Below are positions 29,496 through 44,032 of a stretch of 64,000 nucleotides of DNA, in pieces. How positions within the stretch are numbered: the first letter of the stretch is position 1; every line of letters starts with the position of its first letter. The notes under the pieces are model-generated. The model worked only from the letters and a program-made list of their open reading frames with translations, was not told where the DNA came from and searched no databases. Source of the stretch: Octopus vulgaris. Lineage: Eukaryota. The DNA lies in contig OX597830.1 of the NCBI GenBank assembly GCA_951406725.2, positions 37,882,001 to 37,946,000 on the forward strand, given 5' to 3'. The position numbers and the translations under genes were made by a program.

Positions 29496-31164
29496 CTATC
29501 TATATCTCTCTCTATATATACGCACGTTTATTTATAAGTATGTATGTATGTATGTATGTATGTATGTATGTATGTATGTATGTATGTATGTATGTATGTA
29601 TGTATGTATGTATGTACGTACGTACGTATGTACGAATGTATGTATGTATGTATTTATGTATGTATGTATGTATGTATGTATGAAATAGCAGTAATCTCTA
29701 CTCATATATTACTTGAATTTCTGGGTAACTTGCGTTTCGGGAGTGGTTGCTACACAGAACTTTTTGGTGCATACCATTTGTCATAAAACGCATAATTTGC
29801 GGTAACCATATCAGTATTATAAAATTGAGACAATCGCATGCTCATTTCTAGATAAAGTTTGCACAACGATTTAAGTACGGATATAAATCGTAGAAATCGT
29901 CTTTATATTGCGTTATATAAAATATATCGCTTACTGGAAATACATCTAAAGATGATGGCTAGTAAAATTATACTTAATTACTATTCTCGTTAGTGAATTG
30001 CATCGCTTTCAAATATCTCTTTAATTATGTAGTTATATGAATGACCTGAATGGCTACTGTTGCCCACAAGTATACAGTAGCAACCTTCTCTTTTCCCATG
30101 ACTTTTAGCTGCCACGATAGTAGTTTGATCTTTTTAAGTATTATACTAATGTGAATTGTGAGCGTAATGAATGTAATAAGCGGAATATAAAAATTCTCTT
30201 TGAGTTTTTGACATGAAAATTCGTGCTGTATTGCTTTCTTGATTTTATAATATGGAGCATTTCCTGTCTATATGAAATATGAAATATCTCATGGCGTGCG
30301 CTTTTGTGAGGAAAAGTAACAAATAAAAGATACTATTTCATTTATATGACAACACCGTTTTATGTTTCGAGCGATGTAAATTATGTCTATTATAATATGT
30401 GAACTATATACTACTATCATGCAGTTCATAAAAATGTTTGGATACTGAACCAGTCTGCGTTTCATGTTTTACTTTATAGACTCGATGTCTTGCGCGAACA
30501 TTTTCTAGTTGTTATGTTCGGATTAATGCATTTCATTTTTTCACTCTAAAAAGCAAAAGTAGATAATTTTACCCATATCTAGTTTGTAACGAGCTTGACA
30601 GTTGCTTGGATATATATCTAATTCTTTACCTATTTATGCCATACAAATGCAGAATGATTTATCCTGAAGTCTGTAAACTTCGCCAATAGTTTAGAGAAAA
30701 ATCGGACAATAGATAAAAAAAAATTGATACAATAGCGAAAAAGGCAAACAGTAGATAGAAGCAAATCGGCAGACTGGCAAATTAACAAATATAAATACCC
30801 AGGAGTATTGATTAAACGAAATGTGCAAATATATGTTGCGTAATCCTAGCCAATGCAATCGAAGCATGTATTTTTTAGAATAACAATTGTACCTTCCTAC
30901 CCAGGTTGTGGAGCAGTGGGATCCTAAAAAGGTCTGCTAAGTTCCTCACAATAGTTCGCCACACTCAATCGTTATCTTCATCATTTCTGATTACGGCCTG
31001 TCTTTTATAGGTTGGAAGTTAGGAATATCCCTTTTTGGAGATTTCTTTAAATACAAGTATGCGTGCGAGAGAGAAAGAGAGATAGATAGTGAGGTGGAAA
31101 AGGAGAGAAAGAGAAAAATGTGCGTGTCTCCATGTCTGTTGAATGACTTCTTTCTCTGTTTCAG

Positions 31165-31355
31165 AATTATTTTGATACAAAAACAAGACAATTTCAAGTA
31201 CGCCGGTTGCTTATAGCCTCTGATTTGTGTTGCTTTGCTCTCACCATTCCTCAGTTCTTGTTGAAACTGCATTTCCGCTTTTCAATTCACTAGTAATCCC
31301 ACCCTATCAACAAAATCAGTCTGAATAAACACATGCATAAACAAAAATGGACTTG
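31165..31355 (+). other. Candidate host-gene exon (5' UTR plus ATG GAC TTG)
   Basis: tgac-ttctttctctgtttcag acceptor; ends aaaaATGGACTTG|gtgagg; lies in a repeat-poor stretch. Splice signals only. Confidence 0.3.
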
Positions 31356-32889
31356 GTGAGGCCTTGACTTATAATTGGTAAACAGAGCAGATTTATTCTG
31401 CTTGCCAAAGCCTTTTGTTTGGGTTTTAACTATTTGCATGCTACAGCTCATTCGAACTTGAAGTGAGAGATGGATTTGAACCTATACAGCATCTCCACAT
31501 CCCTTACTCACTGCGAGTACCTACTCCACATACAGTCTCTAAATTTTAAACAATTCACTAATTTCTTCTTCATTAGTTTTCTAAAGTATCAAAACCCTTC
31601 AAACATTTAGAATGCCGATTGCTTAAGACACCCAAACATATCAATGTATACTGAAGTCTTGTTTCCTCTTAACACTTTTGCAGTACTTCAATGTATACAT
31701 TTATTTGAACTGTCTTTTTTGCGATTGAATTGAGATTGAATCCATTATAGTTGCATTAATGAATGAGACAGATCCATTTATTCTAAGACTTCAGTAGATT
31801 TATAGAAAGAGAAACAAAGAATTACCAAACATAATCTATTAACATCAGTCTTTCAATCAATTCATACTCAATATAAATATGACGTTTAACAGCAAAATTT
31901 CATTACTTTTGACGTGAATATGATATTTCCATTTCAAGCCTCCTCAATCATATATTGTCCTTTCTTACGTATCGAACATTGTTTTATATTAATTTATATC
32001 AGTTAATTCTGGATAAATTTGAAACAAAAAGATGAAAAAAAAGAAATATAAAATGATAAAGCTAGACATTTTGAGGCTATTTTTAGCGAGCGGATAAAAT
32101 TTTCCGCTCAAATTTCTTATGTTTACTTTATATTAGGGAAACAGGCAATTGACATTTGCTTCAAAATTGATTTGATAGTGATCCTACCTCTTTTAACATT
32201 CTAGAGAACGATCCGAAGGTTTAAATGTAATTTTCTTACACATTTATTATAAGTACAGATCGAAAGTTAATCCCCGCTCTTCAACTTTGGCCCGTACACA
32301 AGTTGGCAATAAAATTCAAAAGTTTGGCATTAATTGCGCAGCAGTAAGTGAGGAAAAATAGCTGAAGTAAGAAGTAAATGTAATAATTTTAAAAGATTAA
32401 GCAAAATATCTGCATATGAAAAGAAAGAAGAAAAGGCTTCAATTAGCTCGGCAGATCCTACGGCTTGGATCAATGAAATACGTGAATATCTGAATTTTAA
32501 CTGACGCAACTAAGATAAAGGATACGTAGCTAGTTGTCTCTCGTATATCAAAAACATCATGGTGTTGGGAACCAAAAGGAAAGGTAAGACCAGCACACCA
32601 TGCGCATTTGCAACAGTCTTGCATTGCAACCAAGTTTAAGCCAATCTGAACACCAAAGGTTACAGAACTTAAATGTCGACGATAATTTCATACCAAGAAA
32701 TAGAATATCCAGTCAGATGGGAATAAGGATCTGCTGTACTGGAAGTGTGGCAAATAATGCCAATGTGGAACTCTTTGAAAGAGCTGAATATAAGCTCTAG
32801 ATATCCTAAGCCTGGTACAGTTTATTAGCTTATTTCGGCCTTCACTGTAGCGATTTGTCGATGAACAGATGCACTAAAACCACAAGGCA

Positions 32890-32975
32890 ACGAACTGGTA
32901 GAATTGTTAGTAAGTCGGACAAAATGCTTAGCGGTAGTTCGTCCGTCTTTACGATTCGGATTCAAATTCCGCTAT
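32890..32975 (+). mobile_element. SINE family B head fragment
   Basis: gaactggtagaattgttag...caaaatgcttagcggt...ggattcaaattccgc. Confidence 0.6.
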
Positions 32976-33410
32976 CAGGTATTAGATGTAAGTCTTTGAT
33001 ATATGTTCCAAACTTATACAGAATAGAAATGAGGACAGCAGTTAATATTTCTAAAAGTTTACATAATGTATTCTTCATTCTTTAGAGTTGCAAAAGACCC
33101 AAGAAAATATTATCAATTGTCTTATGCTTATTGCTAGCTTTATTAAGGGAATGTTACATCCATAAAGCAATCATTTCGTATCTATTTCTTCGCCACAATA
33201 ATATCTTTCTATAGGGCCGATGGTTCTGCATATCCATTTTAAAGTGTGGTGTCCATAATAATCCGTACCTTCTCTCGTGTACGTACTAGCCAAAGTTTTT
33301 GTTTCTAAGCACGTGTTCGCATGTAAACACACTTCAAATGTCGCCATGACCGATTCTGCATTTCGCCATCTCCGGGACGGTAAAATATATATAAGTTATC
33401 GTGTATATAA

Positions 33411-33462
<52 letters not shown>

Positions 33463-33653
33463 ATGTTTGTGTATGTATGTATGTATATATATATATATAT
33501 ATTTATATATATAAATACATATAAATATATATATATGATGACCCAAAATACAGGTAAGGCTATGTAAGTGGTATGGAAGGAACGCTATTAGACACCCAGT
33601 TCGATAATATCATGAGTGACGAAGGTAATGCGGTCGTGTGTGATCGTATATAT

Positions 33654-33853
33654 GTGAAATAAAATGAGACAACAGAGCCAAGGCACCGTGAATTTTCTAG
33701 GACATTTATAAAGAGAAAGGTAGTCTTACAGCTGTTTCAATGACTACTTAGAGAAAGGTATTCATTGAAACAGATGTAAGACTACCTTTCTCTTTATAAA
33801 TGACCTGGGAATTTCACATTGCGTTGGCTTTGTTGCCTCATCTTATTTAACAC
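33654..33853. repeat. ~200-bp fold-back (about 90-bp inverted arms)
   Basis: catttataaagagaaaggtagtcttacagctgtttcaatga / tcattgaaacagatgtaagactacctttctctttataaatg, extending outward with mismatches. Confidence 0.92.
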
Positions 33854-36289
33854 ACACATACACACACACATTTAGATATCAATACATATACACACATATC
33901 AACATTAGAGAGTTCTTCTGAAGGATTTCCTTATCTGCTCTAGTATTGGGCTTTCAATATTTTCTTTCAAGTCTCTTCTATGTTCTATGGGTAGTTTGAT
34001 GGTTTCGAAATTTGTAAAATTTGTATCTCTTTCAAAGTGGTCATATGGTGGCACATTTGTATATGTTTTGTTCTTCTGCCACATATCTCACATTGCAGAC
34101 TTAATATACTAAATGCTCTCATTAAGTACTTCGGGTTTTTCTTCAATATATTATAAGATCATTTCTCCGTGACAAATATTAATCTACCATTGCACTTTCA
34201 TCGGCTATACATTTCTCTTCTCGTCTATTTTTCTGTTGTGGTTGAAAGCTGAACATGTTTGCTCGTGAATGCATTACTTCATACTCTGCAAGCAACGGCC
34301 GAGTATATAATTTACAATCAATGCTAGTCCACTGCATTGAATCGAAAAGATTCGCAAGCGCGCTATTTGATTAGGAAAAGCAAATTTATTTCACCTTTTT
34401 TCTCGCCATTTCCTATGCATTTCTTTTTCTAGAATCAAATCTCCTGTTTCTAGCATTTGCAGCATCAGGTAGACTGTTTTTATTTTTACTTATATCAGCG
34501 AGTTATAAGCAGAGAAAGAAAAACTTTAAAAACTGCTATAAACAAAAATTGTGTTGTATAGAGATTATCACTTGTAAGAAACGAATGAATAAAAAATAGC
34601 GAGTTCACTGATATTTTGTTAGCAACGTTTTTTTTTTAATTTGCGATAGAAGACTTATAACTGAAGTTTGCATAAAAGCAATAAAATCAAGATAAAAAAT
34701 AAGCATTATAAATATTTTAGAAACCTAAGGAAAATAGTTTAATGGCGTTATCGTAGCTATGTAATATATTTTACACTTAAAATACTTTTTATTTGCATCT
34801 AATATAGAGCAATTGGCATACGCTTTATTTTTAACGCAATTTCACCAAAAGTATTTGTTTATACATAAATTTAATTTTTCTGATAGTGCAAAGAAAATAT
34901 TCAGCAATGCTGCTAATTTTTATACCAGGGTTTCAAATATCAAATACCCGCAAATTTAAAGAACATCAATTCTTAAAACACAACATATTCTTATAAAAAC
35001 TTATATAAATTCCAACATATGTATAAGCAGTTACAAAAATGTTTGTCATTTACAAACATTTATGTAATTGCAATGAACAATAAATTCTATTCTTTTGTTT
35101 GGAGACAAATGTCTACAATTAACCAATGTAGATTCTACAAAACTTATACTGCCAAGTCTTTGTTTTTGAAAACTAAAATGATAGAAATAATTATATTCAA
35201 ATCATCCATTATAGTGTCCGCAAATTTAGTCTTCTTTCCTCTTGTAAATTATTATATAGCTATTCTGCAATTAAAATACTCTATTCAAAAGCAAAACATA
35301 ATACGTATGTTTATCAAATGGACAAATTGAGATATTAACCGCTGACAGATACTAAAACCTGGTTTGTGTCGTGATCCGAGTCATTCGATTTCAATAGATG
35401 CTATTAGGCAATTATATCCGATAAACGCAATTGCCTTATTCGTGTATCTTTCGGATTTAACATCAAATAAAATATCTATTGCACTTTTCAACTCTATTAA
35501 CTTCATATCGATAGCAATATATAATTACTTTGGTTTATAAATATCATTGATATATAATTGACAAGTATTTCTAGGAATTTTATTCTATACGTTATTTTAA
35601 CAATTTCTTTCGATATACCGGTATATAATAGTCGCAAATGGGAGATAAACACGACATGGTACGGAATTAATTTAATCACGGATTTTACTCTTATCTTTCT
35701 TAGTTGTTAGCTCATATATTGAATATGCCATATCATTATGCGGTCAATAACATAATGATCAAGTCTAGAGTGGATTGCTAAATTCATTTGTTACCTTTCT
35801 TACAAATTTTAGGCTTTAAGCCAAAGTATAAAATCGATTACAGGACCTTTTATCTTGCATTAATAAAGCAATATAAATTAATTTATTCTGAGTGAATGCC
35901 AATACCTTCCATTCTTAATTAAGGTATTGTAATTGAAGATATTTTGTGAGGAGCAGCTGACATTGGATTTTAGTTTCCTACACCTATAATGCGAAGGTCT
36001 CATTTCACCTTCAAAACTTGTGAAATTAACAACAGGCGAATATCAAAAATCAATTTTAGTGATTTTTGTGTCCTCTACAAAAATTAATGTGTTGATGAAG
36101 CATCGGGTTTCATATTCTTCACAGGATTCCAAACATCACAAACAGGACTGTTTCCCCCCTGAATAGTGTATCTGCGAGGCCATTACACGATGTGGCTTCC
36201 AATTGTTTTTTTAATAATAGTGGATATTTGGCTACAATCGCTAACTTATTGACAGAGAGTTCAGAACCTGGTGTAGAAACTAAAAGAAA

Positions 36290-37450
36290 AATCCCAAATA
36301 ATGAACTACCCTCTCTTCATGGATGATTTGAAACTGTATGAAAAAGATGAGATAAAAGTGAGTTCCGTGGTGAGCACGGTCCACTATTTTAGTACTGATA
36401 TTAGAATAGAATTTGGACTTAAGAATTGCGGAATAATCTACCTAAAAAGAGGCGAGGTAAATTCCTAGAAGGGATAGAATTTCCGAGCAGAGACTTGAAT
36501 AAAAATACCTTGACGTACTAGAGTTCAACGGGATTATGGTAAAAGAAATGAAAGAGTAACTGGGGATGGAGTATTTCCGAAGACTGAGGTTGCAGTTGCG
36601 CTCAAAATTGATTGGTGGAAATAAAATTGCAGCAGTTAATACGTGGGCGATATCATCACTTCGATATGGTGCGGGAATTATAAAATGGCAAAAGAGATAA
36701 ATCAAAAAAATGAATACCAAAAACAGAAAAATGTTGGCAGAAGACGGATCCTGCTAACCTAAGAATGACACAGATAGCTATACTTGTCCAGGGGAAAGGG
36801 TGGGAGAGGTTTAAACAGTTGCCAGGATTGTATCGAAGCAGAAGAAAACAGCCTAGGTAGTAAATAAAAATGGCGTGGAACCACTGTTGAAACTCACGAA
36901 GAAGGCCGGTGTCATCAGCACTGAAAAGTTTTCCACGCCAAGACAGATACCGAAAACTGGTGGCTAGGGATGAGGAGGAATGATCTAGAAATAGAGACAG
37001 ATGCACTCATATGCGCAGTTCTGGAATAAGCATTAAGGACCAACTATATGAAGTGCAGAGTAGACAACACTACCGATAGCGACAAATGCAGAATGTGTGA
37101 TGAACTGGGTGAAACGGTATGGCACATCGTTAGGGAAATCCCGAAATTGGCACAGCGCTAATACAAAAGACGCCATGCCAAGAATGAGTGATTGGGAGCT
37201 CTGTGAAAATCACGGCCTACAAAGAGCAAAGACGTGGTACGAGCGAACTTAAGAAGGAGTCTCCGAAAATGAGAATTGTGGCATCCTGTGGGATGTAATG
37301 ATTCAGTGCGATCGTCCGACCAGACGTCGGAAACTGGGCATTGTTGTGGTGAATAAAAAAGAAAGAACATGTATGATAATCGACATAGCGTATCCCAGTG
37401 ACATCAGGATCAACGTGAAAGAAGAACAAATAAACAAATATGACGATTTT
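36290..37450 (+). pseudogene. Decayed R4/Dong-like non-LTR retrotransposon (RT C-terminus, zinc knuckle, REL endonuclease)
   Basis: Fragments LFMDDLKLY, FSTDIRIEFGLKNCG, GGNKIAAVNTWAISSLRYGAGII, SRGKGGRGL, KCRMCDELGETVWHIV, YKRRH, ILWDVMIQCD, IVVVNKKERTCMIIDIAYP; many stops and frameshifts. Confidence 0.85.
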
Positions 37451-37499
37451 AAGTTTGATTTCTTTATCCATTAGAATCTACTAAGATAGAGACGCGAAT

Positions 37500-37770
37500 A
37501 AAATTAATTATAGGGAAACGAAATAAAAATTCGGAAACAGCCTAAACATAAATAATTGAGACGTCAACGTAAGATCTAAATCATGTAAAGTAAATATAAC
37601 ATATAATCCAGAATCCATGTCCCTTACGGGATCGATCCTAAAATCTAACTAGTTCGTGGCAGTTAGAAGGCTAAAGCTCCCTGAAAGTTTCATTCGAAAC
37701 CATTGAGCGGTTCCCGAGATATCCTGTCCACCCCTGAAAACAATACCGTCACCTTCGCTAAGGCGGGGGC

Positions 37771-37772
<2 letters not shown>
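37500..37772 (+). mobile_element. Possible Helentron-associated (HINE/DINE-like) non-autonomous element
   Basis: aagtttcat...agcggttcccgagatatc then gaaaacaatacc and a 3' GC hairpin (ccttcgctaagg) ending at a (TAA)n tract; recognition by recall only. Confidence 0.35.
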
Positions 37773-37813
<41 letters not shown>

Positions 37814-37831
37814 CTAATAATAATAATAATG

Positions 37832-37900
<69 letters not shown>

Positions 37901-37926
37901 GTGATAATAATAATAATATTTTAATG

Positions 37927-37958
<32 letters not shown>

Positions 37959-37992
37959 CATCATAATAATAATGATAATAATAATAATAATT
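37771..37992. repeat. (AAT)n microsatellite
   Basis: Direct reading; another at 63065-63130. Confidence 0.97.
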
Positions 37993-38175
37993 ATAAATGC
38001 CCTGATGCAGTAGCAGGTAGTGGCCCTCGTGGCTTCTGATCTTAACTGATTAGAAGTGTTATCATGTACACTGTTTTGTCTTGGTATAAAAGATGGGCTA
38101 CAGCAAATATTCTACTCAATACCACAGATCTGCTTGTCAGCTGTTTGACCTTAACCAATTGACCTTGTCCCTTAG

Positions 38176-38306
38176 TGTAACTGGTACTTAATTTATGGAC
38201 CCCAAAAAGCAAAGTCGACCTCGACGGAATTTGAACTCTGAACGTAAAAACAGCCGAAATGCCGCTAAGCTTTTATTCCCGCCGTGCTAACGATTAAGCC
38301 AGCCCA
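38176..38306 (-). mobile_element. SINE family B, 5' part
   Basis: aactggtacttaatttat...gtcgacctcgacggaatttgaactc...gtgctaacgatt. Confidence 0.75.
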
Positions 38307-38353
38307 ACGCATAAGAAGGAGGAGAACAACAACAACAACAATAATAATAATAC

Positions 38354-38417
<64 letters not shown>

Positions 38418-39928
38418 ATTGCGATGGACACAACCTTACTGAATATATGAATGTTACATGCTTTTTTATGTTCTAGACTGAATTCGTTATTACGAATTCT
38501 CTATGGTTAGCAGGAAAACTAGGGCACTTTAATCTTTCCATAGCCAATTTTATTTCCTGACCTGGTACTGCTTTGCTTCTTTATTCATACGCCTAAGTAT
38601 TCGTAGAGGGATTTTCTGTTTTGTGATATAGCCGATAATAGAAGACGCATCATGAAATTGATTGCCATTGCATAATTTGTTAGGAATTTACTTTCTTAAA
38701 TTACATATTATGCAGGCGTTGGGTAGCCCAAATCTTTAGGGTTTTCAACATGCGGTTTCTGTAACGTACCGCTACTATTTACAGTAGATCTGAAGCCGAG
38801 TTAAAATTTGATTACCGTCCATTTTTATAATTAAATCCAAGCCGGAAAATCAGTAGATTTCATTAAATAGAGTCAGATGTTGCAAGTAACCATATATAGT
38901 TTCAGTCGCGAAGACACATTCTGATTGCTGCTTTTCAATTTGAATGCGAGTGATTGAAATTAAACTAGAACGGCAACTGTATTGTGTGAGGAGCAATGAC
39001 CGCAAGTAATTTTAGTTTCGACCGACATACTAATGGGAAGTAAAACACAGATTCTCTTGTACCGTAGCGGAGAGAATATCATCACTTCTCCAAACACATG
39101 CTATTAGTAGTCGATAAATGTAGAAGATCAATCCTTCATAAAAAAAAAAACCTAATGAATATTTATGGTACTTATAATGCGAGTTTGTTTCGCGTTTGTA
39201 TTGTTGGCTCGGGTTTAGAGCTTCTAAACAACAAAACAAATTAATCAACAAGACTAAATAGCATGTTATTTTCTGCACGCGCTGTTTACTGATTTTCATA
39301 TCAGTTCTGAAGTCGAGGAAAATCATTATAGAGAATCGTATTCCAGTTCATTTAATTTTATTGGAAAGTATTTCCAAATAATTAGAACAAACGTTTAGAC
39401 ATTCTTAGCTATATTTCTTCATCTACACTCCTAGTTACTTTTTACACTAATTACGCGTCTCGTCGTAGCATGGAGATCTGCAGAAATTTCCGGAGTAGAA
39501 TTAGAATGTTTATGTTGAGAAATAAAATGTGCATAATTGCTTCCTTTTTTTATCTTTTGTAAAGATGTTTTTCTATACTTAGGTGTAATTTTGAATGATA
39601 TATTTAACATCACACCAGTGTGCACACGTATGTGAATATATATATATATATCTGTGTGTGTGTGTGTGTGTGTCTCTGTGTGTATGTACGTATATACATA
39701 TATATATTATATATATATACACACATGTATGTGCTTACGTGAATATCAAAAAATTATAGAAATAAATACACAAACTTACACACAAACATACACATAAATA
39801 CAGGCACAAATATGTATTAAATAAATAAACGTATCCACTCGAATATTCATATTCATGTGCATATAGTTGTAAGTATAAAGTGCTGTCTCATTTTCTCTCT
39901 CTATATATATGGAGTCACAAACACACAG

Positions 39929-40004
<76 letters not shown>

Positions 40005-40637
40005 ATAATTCATACACAATACATATACACACATACACACGCACGCATATATGATATGCATATATGGACGTGAGCTTATAGCGCGCGCGTATTTGTGTTT
40101 AAATGCGTTACTCAGATATCAGATAACATCGAACCGTCCGCCCTAAATAAAAAAAAAATATTCTTGATCTCTAATTTAATAAATCTAACCAATTTTAGCA
40201 AAGCGTTATACTTTGCCAGTAAAATAACATCGATTTTTCTTTATATTTCTTTATTTTATATATTTTGATTTATTGAAACTGCTCTGAATTCTCTTAAGTG
40301 ATCCAAGAGATATGACGTGTACTTCTTTTCTGTACACATAGCATCCATGTGTATGCTGTAAATAACAGGGACATATTATGAGTGATATATAAGCATTCTT
40401 GTGTGGCTGTATTGGCACTGCATATATAAGTGTTGTTTCAAAATATGGAAATGGAATATTTTAATATATATATGTATCCACAAATCAATGCATCGCTTAT
40501 GTACAACGCCAAAGAGAAAACTCACATATATTTGAACAGAAAGGCACACACATGTATGTATATATATATATACATATATATATAAGGATAAGAGAGTATT
40601 GTGAACTCGGCCTAGCCCATATATGAATGTATATATA

Positions 40638-40674
<37 letters not shown>

Positions 40675-40683
40675 ATATATATA

Positions 40684-40721
<38 letters not shown>

Positions 40722-40967
40722 TATATATATACACATATGTATTTTATATATTTGTGTGTAGAAACGAGATTCATTCAAAGATTCTGAATAAACAAGAAAT
40801 TCTATCCACAAGACATTGGTCATTAATGCGCTATAATGGAATATTTATGCCCGAGGTGACGCTTAATGTGAATGCATCCGAAACTGAGACGCCACATCGG
40901 ACTTTTAACGATATATGCATGTCTGTTTATAGATACATACATACACTTATAGATAAGTACGTATATA

Positions 40968-41701
40968 CAAGGGTTGGACGTAATAATGGAAATACCTTAT
41001 AATTTTTAAAACAAATTTATTTTAATATGGGGTAGGAACGCCTTTGGCAGTAATTACAGCTTGAATTCTATGAGCTATGGACTCGTACAAAGTTTTGAAT
41101 TGTTTCTAAAGGAATCTTTGTAAATCCTTCAGGTAAAAGAGTCTCCAGTTTTGAAGGTTGGTTTTCGGATTGCAGCCCTCCCGTGAAATCCGGCTATGTG
41201 CAGCTGTCGGCAAACGGTTTTTGTGGAAACTAGGTTCTCGAAGTAGTCATTAAGCTCTGCAGTAATTTTTGGAGCTGTACTTTTGTGATCCCTTCTAACA
41301 ATTCGCGTAATAGCGCGACGGTCTCTATTTGAAAGTAGTGGTTTTCTTGCGGAGTTTGTTTCGGCGACGAGGTTCTTCCCTCAGTTTCAAAGGCTGTCGT
41401 TACTTTCGAGGCTAATATTTGATACACCAATCATTTTAGGTGAATTCGTTACGCTAGCCCCTACACTACGAACACCTATAATTTGACCGCTTTGAAAGTC
41501 CGATAAATCTGTCGTTTTAATGAACTTTAATTAACTTTTATTGATGATATTTGAAACGAAACAACAATTTTAGCAAAGCATAATGCAATATTAATAATAA
41601 ACCAAACAACATAAAAATAAAGAAACTTTTGGTGGTTTTATAGATATTATAAAATTATGAAGCTAAGATGAAGCTGTTTCCATTATTTTGTCCAACCTCT
41701 G
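40968..41701. mobile_element. Internally deleted Tc1-like DNA transposon
   Basis: TIRs caagggttggacgtaataatggaaata / tgtttccattattttgtccaacctctg, each flanked by TA; no intact transposase. Confidence 0.8.
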
Positions 41702-41729
41702 TATACACACACACAATATTTATGTATAT

Positions 41730-41787
<58 letters not shown>

Positions 41788-42187
41788 TATAGCTATATGT
41801 ATATATATTCATATACATATATACATACGTATATATATGTACACATATATACACACATACATATAAATGCATAAATTCATACACATACATATATACATAC
41901 ATATATACTTATACATATATATATATATATATATCGTGACGTATTTTTGCCAGTTCAATATGGCTAACCCCTAAGGGTGGATGCTACTGTAGTTTTTAGC
42001 CCCAGGAGGACACACTCCTCCAGCTGGCCATAGACACACTTTCTGTGTCCTGTCAGTATTTGCAAAGGGAAGTCATCCTTCCCGTCTTCAACATATATAT
42101 ATATATGCACATGCATATAGACTATTGCATACCAATAGAAACATGTACGTATTTACAAATGCATATATATTCATATATATATCGTCC

Positions 42188-42222
<35 letters not shown>

Positions 42223-42567
42223 AACATACATATATATATATATTTGTATGTATGCTTTTAAATATGTATTTATATAACTATATATATGTATATGTGTGTG
42301 TGTTGCGTGTGTGTGTGTATGAGTAAGAAAGTTTTGTATCATAATCGTATTTCCGATAGGGTTGAAGACTAGCGTAAATCAATGCAATCCATTAATCAAA
42401 CCATAAAATAAAAGTACTTGAGCTTCAGGGCATTAGAAACCCACATTTACAACGCTTGTTTACATAAACAGGAAATCGGGGAATTATAGACTTTTTTCTG
42501 ATAGCAGATCCACACTATACACTTTCACATACACATAGGCATACATAAACGACGCACAACCACATAC

Positions 42568-42638
<71 letters not shown>

Positions 42639-43205
42639 ATGTATGTATATATATATTCATTAGAAAACGTTTTCTTTAATTTGGCGGAAAATATTTGTAT
42701 TGTTTTAACAACTAACCAGGGCCATTTAATTCTGTATGCATTTATGTATGCATTATATTATTCATGTTTCTTTTCACACGAATCTTTGGGTGTGCTTGTA
42801 AATATAAACTTTCGTTCCATAATTCAATTATCCTTTCACTTAAACGTTGGTGTAAATCAATGAAATACAATAAACGTTTATATATTTTCATTGGATTAGT
42901 TCATAAATTATGGCATAAATGAAAAGGGCATTAGCTTAAGGGCGCCAAGGAATCATACATTCACTATCGTGTTTCACAGCAAAAAGCAAAGGAACCAAAA
43001 AAAGAACCAAAAAAAAACGGTGCATCATGTTATTATAAGGAAATGTTATGCCTTCTCTGTAGTACAAAACTACATATTTCTATTTATTGACGTACATATA
43101 TAGAGGTTGTATGTCATACATTTATGCGTTTTGTGTGAAATAAACAACTGCATGAATCATAATCGTGGAAGTGAGTGCAATTACATAAAAAGAATAATAT
43201 ATGTA

Positions 43206-43271
<66 letters not shown>

Positions 43272-43589
43272 TTTTTAGTAAAACACCTACGCAAATTCCA
43301 TAAACAAACCTTTCAATAGAAATATTCTCCTGAATTGAACCGCAACTGCTAGCCGTCACTGACCATTCAAAATACGACAATCAAGGCACTCCCAAATTTT
43401 TCCACCCCCTCTCCTCATCAACCTTCTTCTTCTTCTACCCTACCAAGAATTCACAACGACCTCGAAAACACAAGTGCAAACAAGGGAGACAGAGAAAGGC
43501 AGAATGCCACTTATATTTGAACACTATACAAATATTCCTTTAAAAAAACTTTTCTTTTAATTTCTCTAAATTTAATTATTTAATCGTTA

Positions 43590-43627
43590 CAGTTGAAAAG
43601 GTCTCAAAATGACCGAAACTGGTACTG
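43590..43627 (+). ncRNA. Minimal hammerhead motif, U3-A8 variant (copy 2)
   Basis: Identical to 8049-8086 except one base in stem III; the downstream ~55 bp is also shared. Confidence 0.6.
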
Positions 43628-43717
43628 AAATGTTCTATATACAATTATTTTAGCATTTTCTATCTTGACTTGTCTTTTCATATGTATCAACCCGTGTGTT
43701 CCTTTTCACCCTTATAC

Positions 43718-43782
<65 letters not shown>

Positions 43783-43783
<1 letters not shown>

Positions 43784-43945
43784 TCTTGCATTTCTCTCTG
43801 TCACCTTGAGTGTGGCCAAGCTGGAACACCGCCTCTAGTCGAACAAATCGACACCAGGACTTGTTATTTTTAAGCCTGGTACTTAATCTATCGGTCACTT
43901 TAGCCGAACCGCTTAGTTACGGGGACGTAAACACACCAACATCTG
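43783..43945 (-). mobile_element. SINE family A, 3' fragment
   Basis: ggccaagctggaacaccgcc...gccgaaccgcttagttacggggacgtaaacacacca. Confidence 0.75.
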
Positions 43946-43993
43946 TATATGTATATGTATAAGTATATATACATATATATATAAATATACATT

Positions 43994-44032
<39 letters not shown>

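Noticed and set aside
33905-34300. Possible very old LINE fragment on minus
   Set aside because: No diagnostic motif recoverable by eye.
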